Shown here: positions 63,105 through 64,000 of the stretch, in pieces
Layout of the letters: each line of letters begins with the position of its first letter
Position numbering within the stretch: the stretch's first letter is position 1
Assembly (NCBI GenBank): GCA_047973385.1
Contig: JBKEBX010000022.1
Span: 11,521 to 75,520, forward strand
Reading direction: 5' to 3'
From: Lachnospirales bacterium
GTDB lineage: Bacteria > Bacillota > Clostridia > Lachnospirales > CAMZNU01
DNA length: 64,000 nucleotides
Translations under genes and position numbers: made by a program
Notes under the pieces: generated by a model
Databases searched by the model: none
Seen by the model: only the letters and a program-made list of their open reading frames with translations
What the model was told of the DNA's origin: nothing

Positions 63105-63683
63105 TTACTTCAAGCCACGACTACCTGGTTTAACAGCTTCACTCTCGCCACTTTTACACATAGGGCATTCTTCTGGTTCAAAAGCCTCAACTTTTGCTTG
63201 ATAAACACTTTTAAAGTTTACTCCAAAATCTGCAGTTCCGTTACTTCTATCTACAAGAACACCAACGCCTATAACTTCTCCACCTTGTTCTCTTACAACT
63301 TCCATAACTTCTTTTACAGAGCCACCTGTTGTAACCACGTCTTCAACAACTAAAACTTTTTGACCTTTTCCTATTGCAAAACCACGTCTAAGTGTCATTT
63401 TGCCGTTCTCTCTTTCAGCAAACAAGTTTTTAACTTTTAGTTGTCTTGCAACTTCATAACCAAAAACAATACCACCAACTGCAGGAGCTATAACTATATC
63501 AATTTCTTGATTTTCAAATTCTTTTACTAAAAAACTTGCAAGTTCGCTGTTATACTCAGGATATTGACATATTTTTGCACATTGCATATATTGTTTACTA
63601 TGCTTACCACTTGTTAAAATGAAATGCCCATTTAACAAAACTTCTGATTTTTCTAAAATTGTTTCAATTTTTTCTCTTGACAT
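63105..63683 (-). CDS. pyrE: Orotate phosphoribosyltransferase
   Basis: GHFILTSGKHS, VEDVVTTGGS. Confidence 0.96.
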   Translation of the reverse strand: MSREKIETILEKSEVLLNGHFILTSGKHSKQYMQCAKICQYPEYNSELASFLVKEFENQEIDIVIAPAVGGIVFGYEVARQLKVKNLFAERENGKMTLRRGFAIGKGQKVLVVEDVVTTGGSVKEVMEVVREQGGEVIGVGVLVDRSNGTADFGVNFKSVYQAKVEAFEPEECPMCKSGESEAVKPGSRGLK

Positions 63684-63693
63684 ATTAATCTCC

Positions 63694-64000
63694 TTATATA
63701 ATTCCTCTTATCTCACTAAGATTATTTATTTTTTCTTTTTCCATAAATTCTTTAATTCCATTAACTGTTTCAATAGGCGTATATGGATTTATAAAATTCG
63801 CTGTGCCTATGGCAACAAGGGTTGCACCAGCCATAATAAACTCTATTGCATCATCAGAGTTTGACACACCACCCATTCCAATAATCGGTAAGTCTGTTGC
63901 CTTTGCAACTTGATTTACAAGTCTTATGGCAACAGGTTTTATAGCAGGTCCTGAAAGTCCACCTGTTCGGTTCGCCAAAACAGTTTTTCTTTTATAAATG
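63694..64000 (-). CDS. pyrD: Dihydroorotate dehydrogenase (class 1B), 3' part (window edge)
   Basis: GGLSGPAIKP, PIIGMGGV, AGATLVAIGTANF. Confidence 0.93.
   Translation of the reverse strand, partial: IYKRKTVLANRTGGLSGPAIKPVAIRLVNQVAKATDLPIIGMGGVSNSDDAIEFIMAGATLVAIGTANFINPYTPIETVNGIKEFMEKEKINNLSEIRGII

Overview
Low-GC chromosomal window from a spore-forming, probably motile Clostridia (Lachnospirales-like) bacterium. It is mostly housekeeping and sporulation genes: rnc 3' end, glgP, spoIIE-tilS-hpt-ftsH, dnaG-sigA-ytvI, hflX, tagO-upp-sua5, LCP, mnaA, an F1Fo operon with a Na+-type c subunit, gltX, comM, dinB, rny, a ydjX/ynjBCDEF-like operon, mscS, ttcA, abrB, spmAB, preQ1 riboswitch-yhhQ, proS, a heterodimeric ABC exporter and pyrE/pyrD. 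No transposase, prophage, CRISPR, rRNA or tRNA was seen. The most novel signals are intergenic. (1) A dispersed, modular, MITE-like family with GG-N5-TTGCAAA/TCTAAAA ends and 4-bp flanking duplications, including a nested copy at the predicted tilS start site and a Spo0A-box-like internal motif. (2) A hairpin that may serve as glgP terminator, RBS sequestration and sigmaK promoter at once. (3) A ~260-nt rod-like rny leader. (4) A GC-enriched structured element before mscS. (5) An unannotated leader peptide before the ABC exporter. (6) An unannotated small membrane protein behind a sigma28-like promoter. All calls come from reading the sequence by eye; no searches were run. Start codons were adjusted to SD-supported positions where evident.
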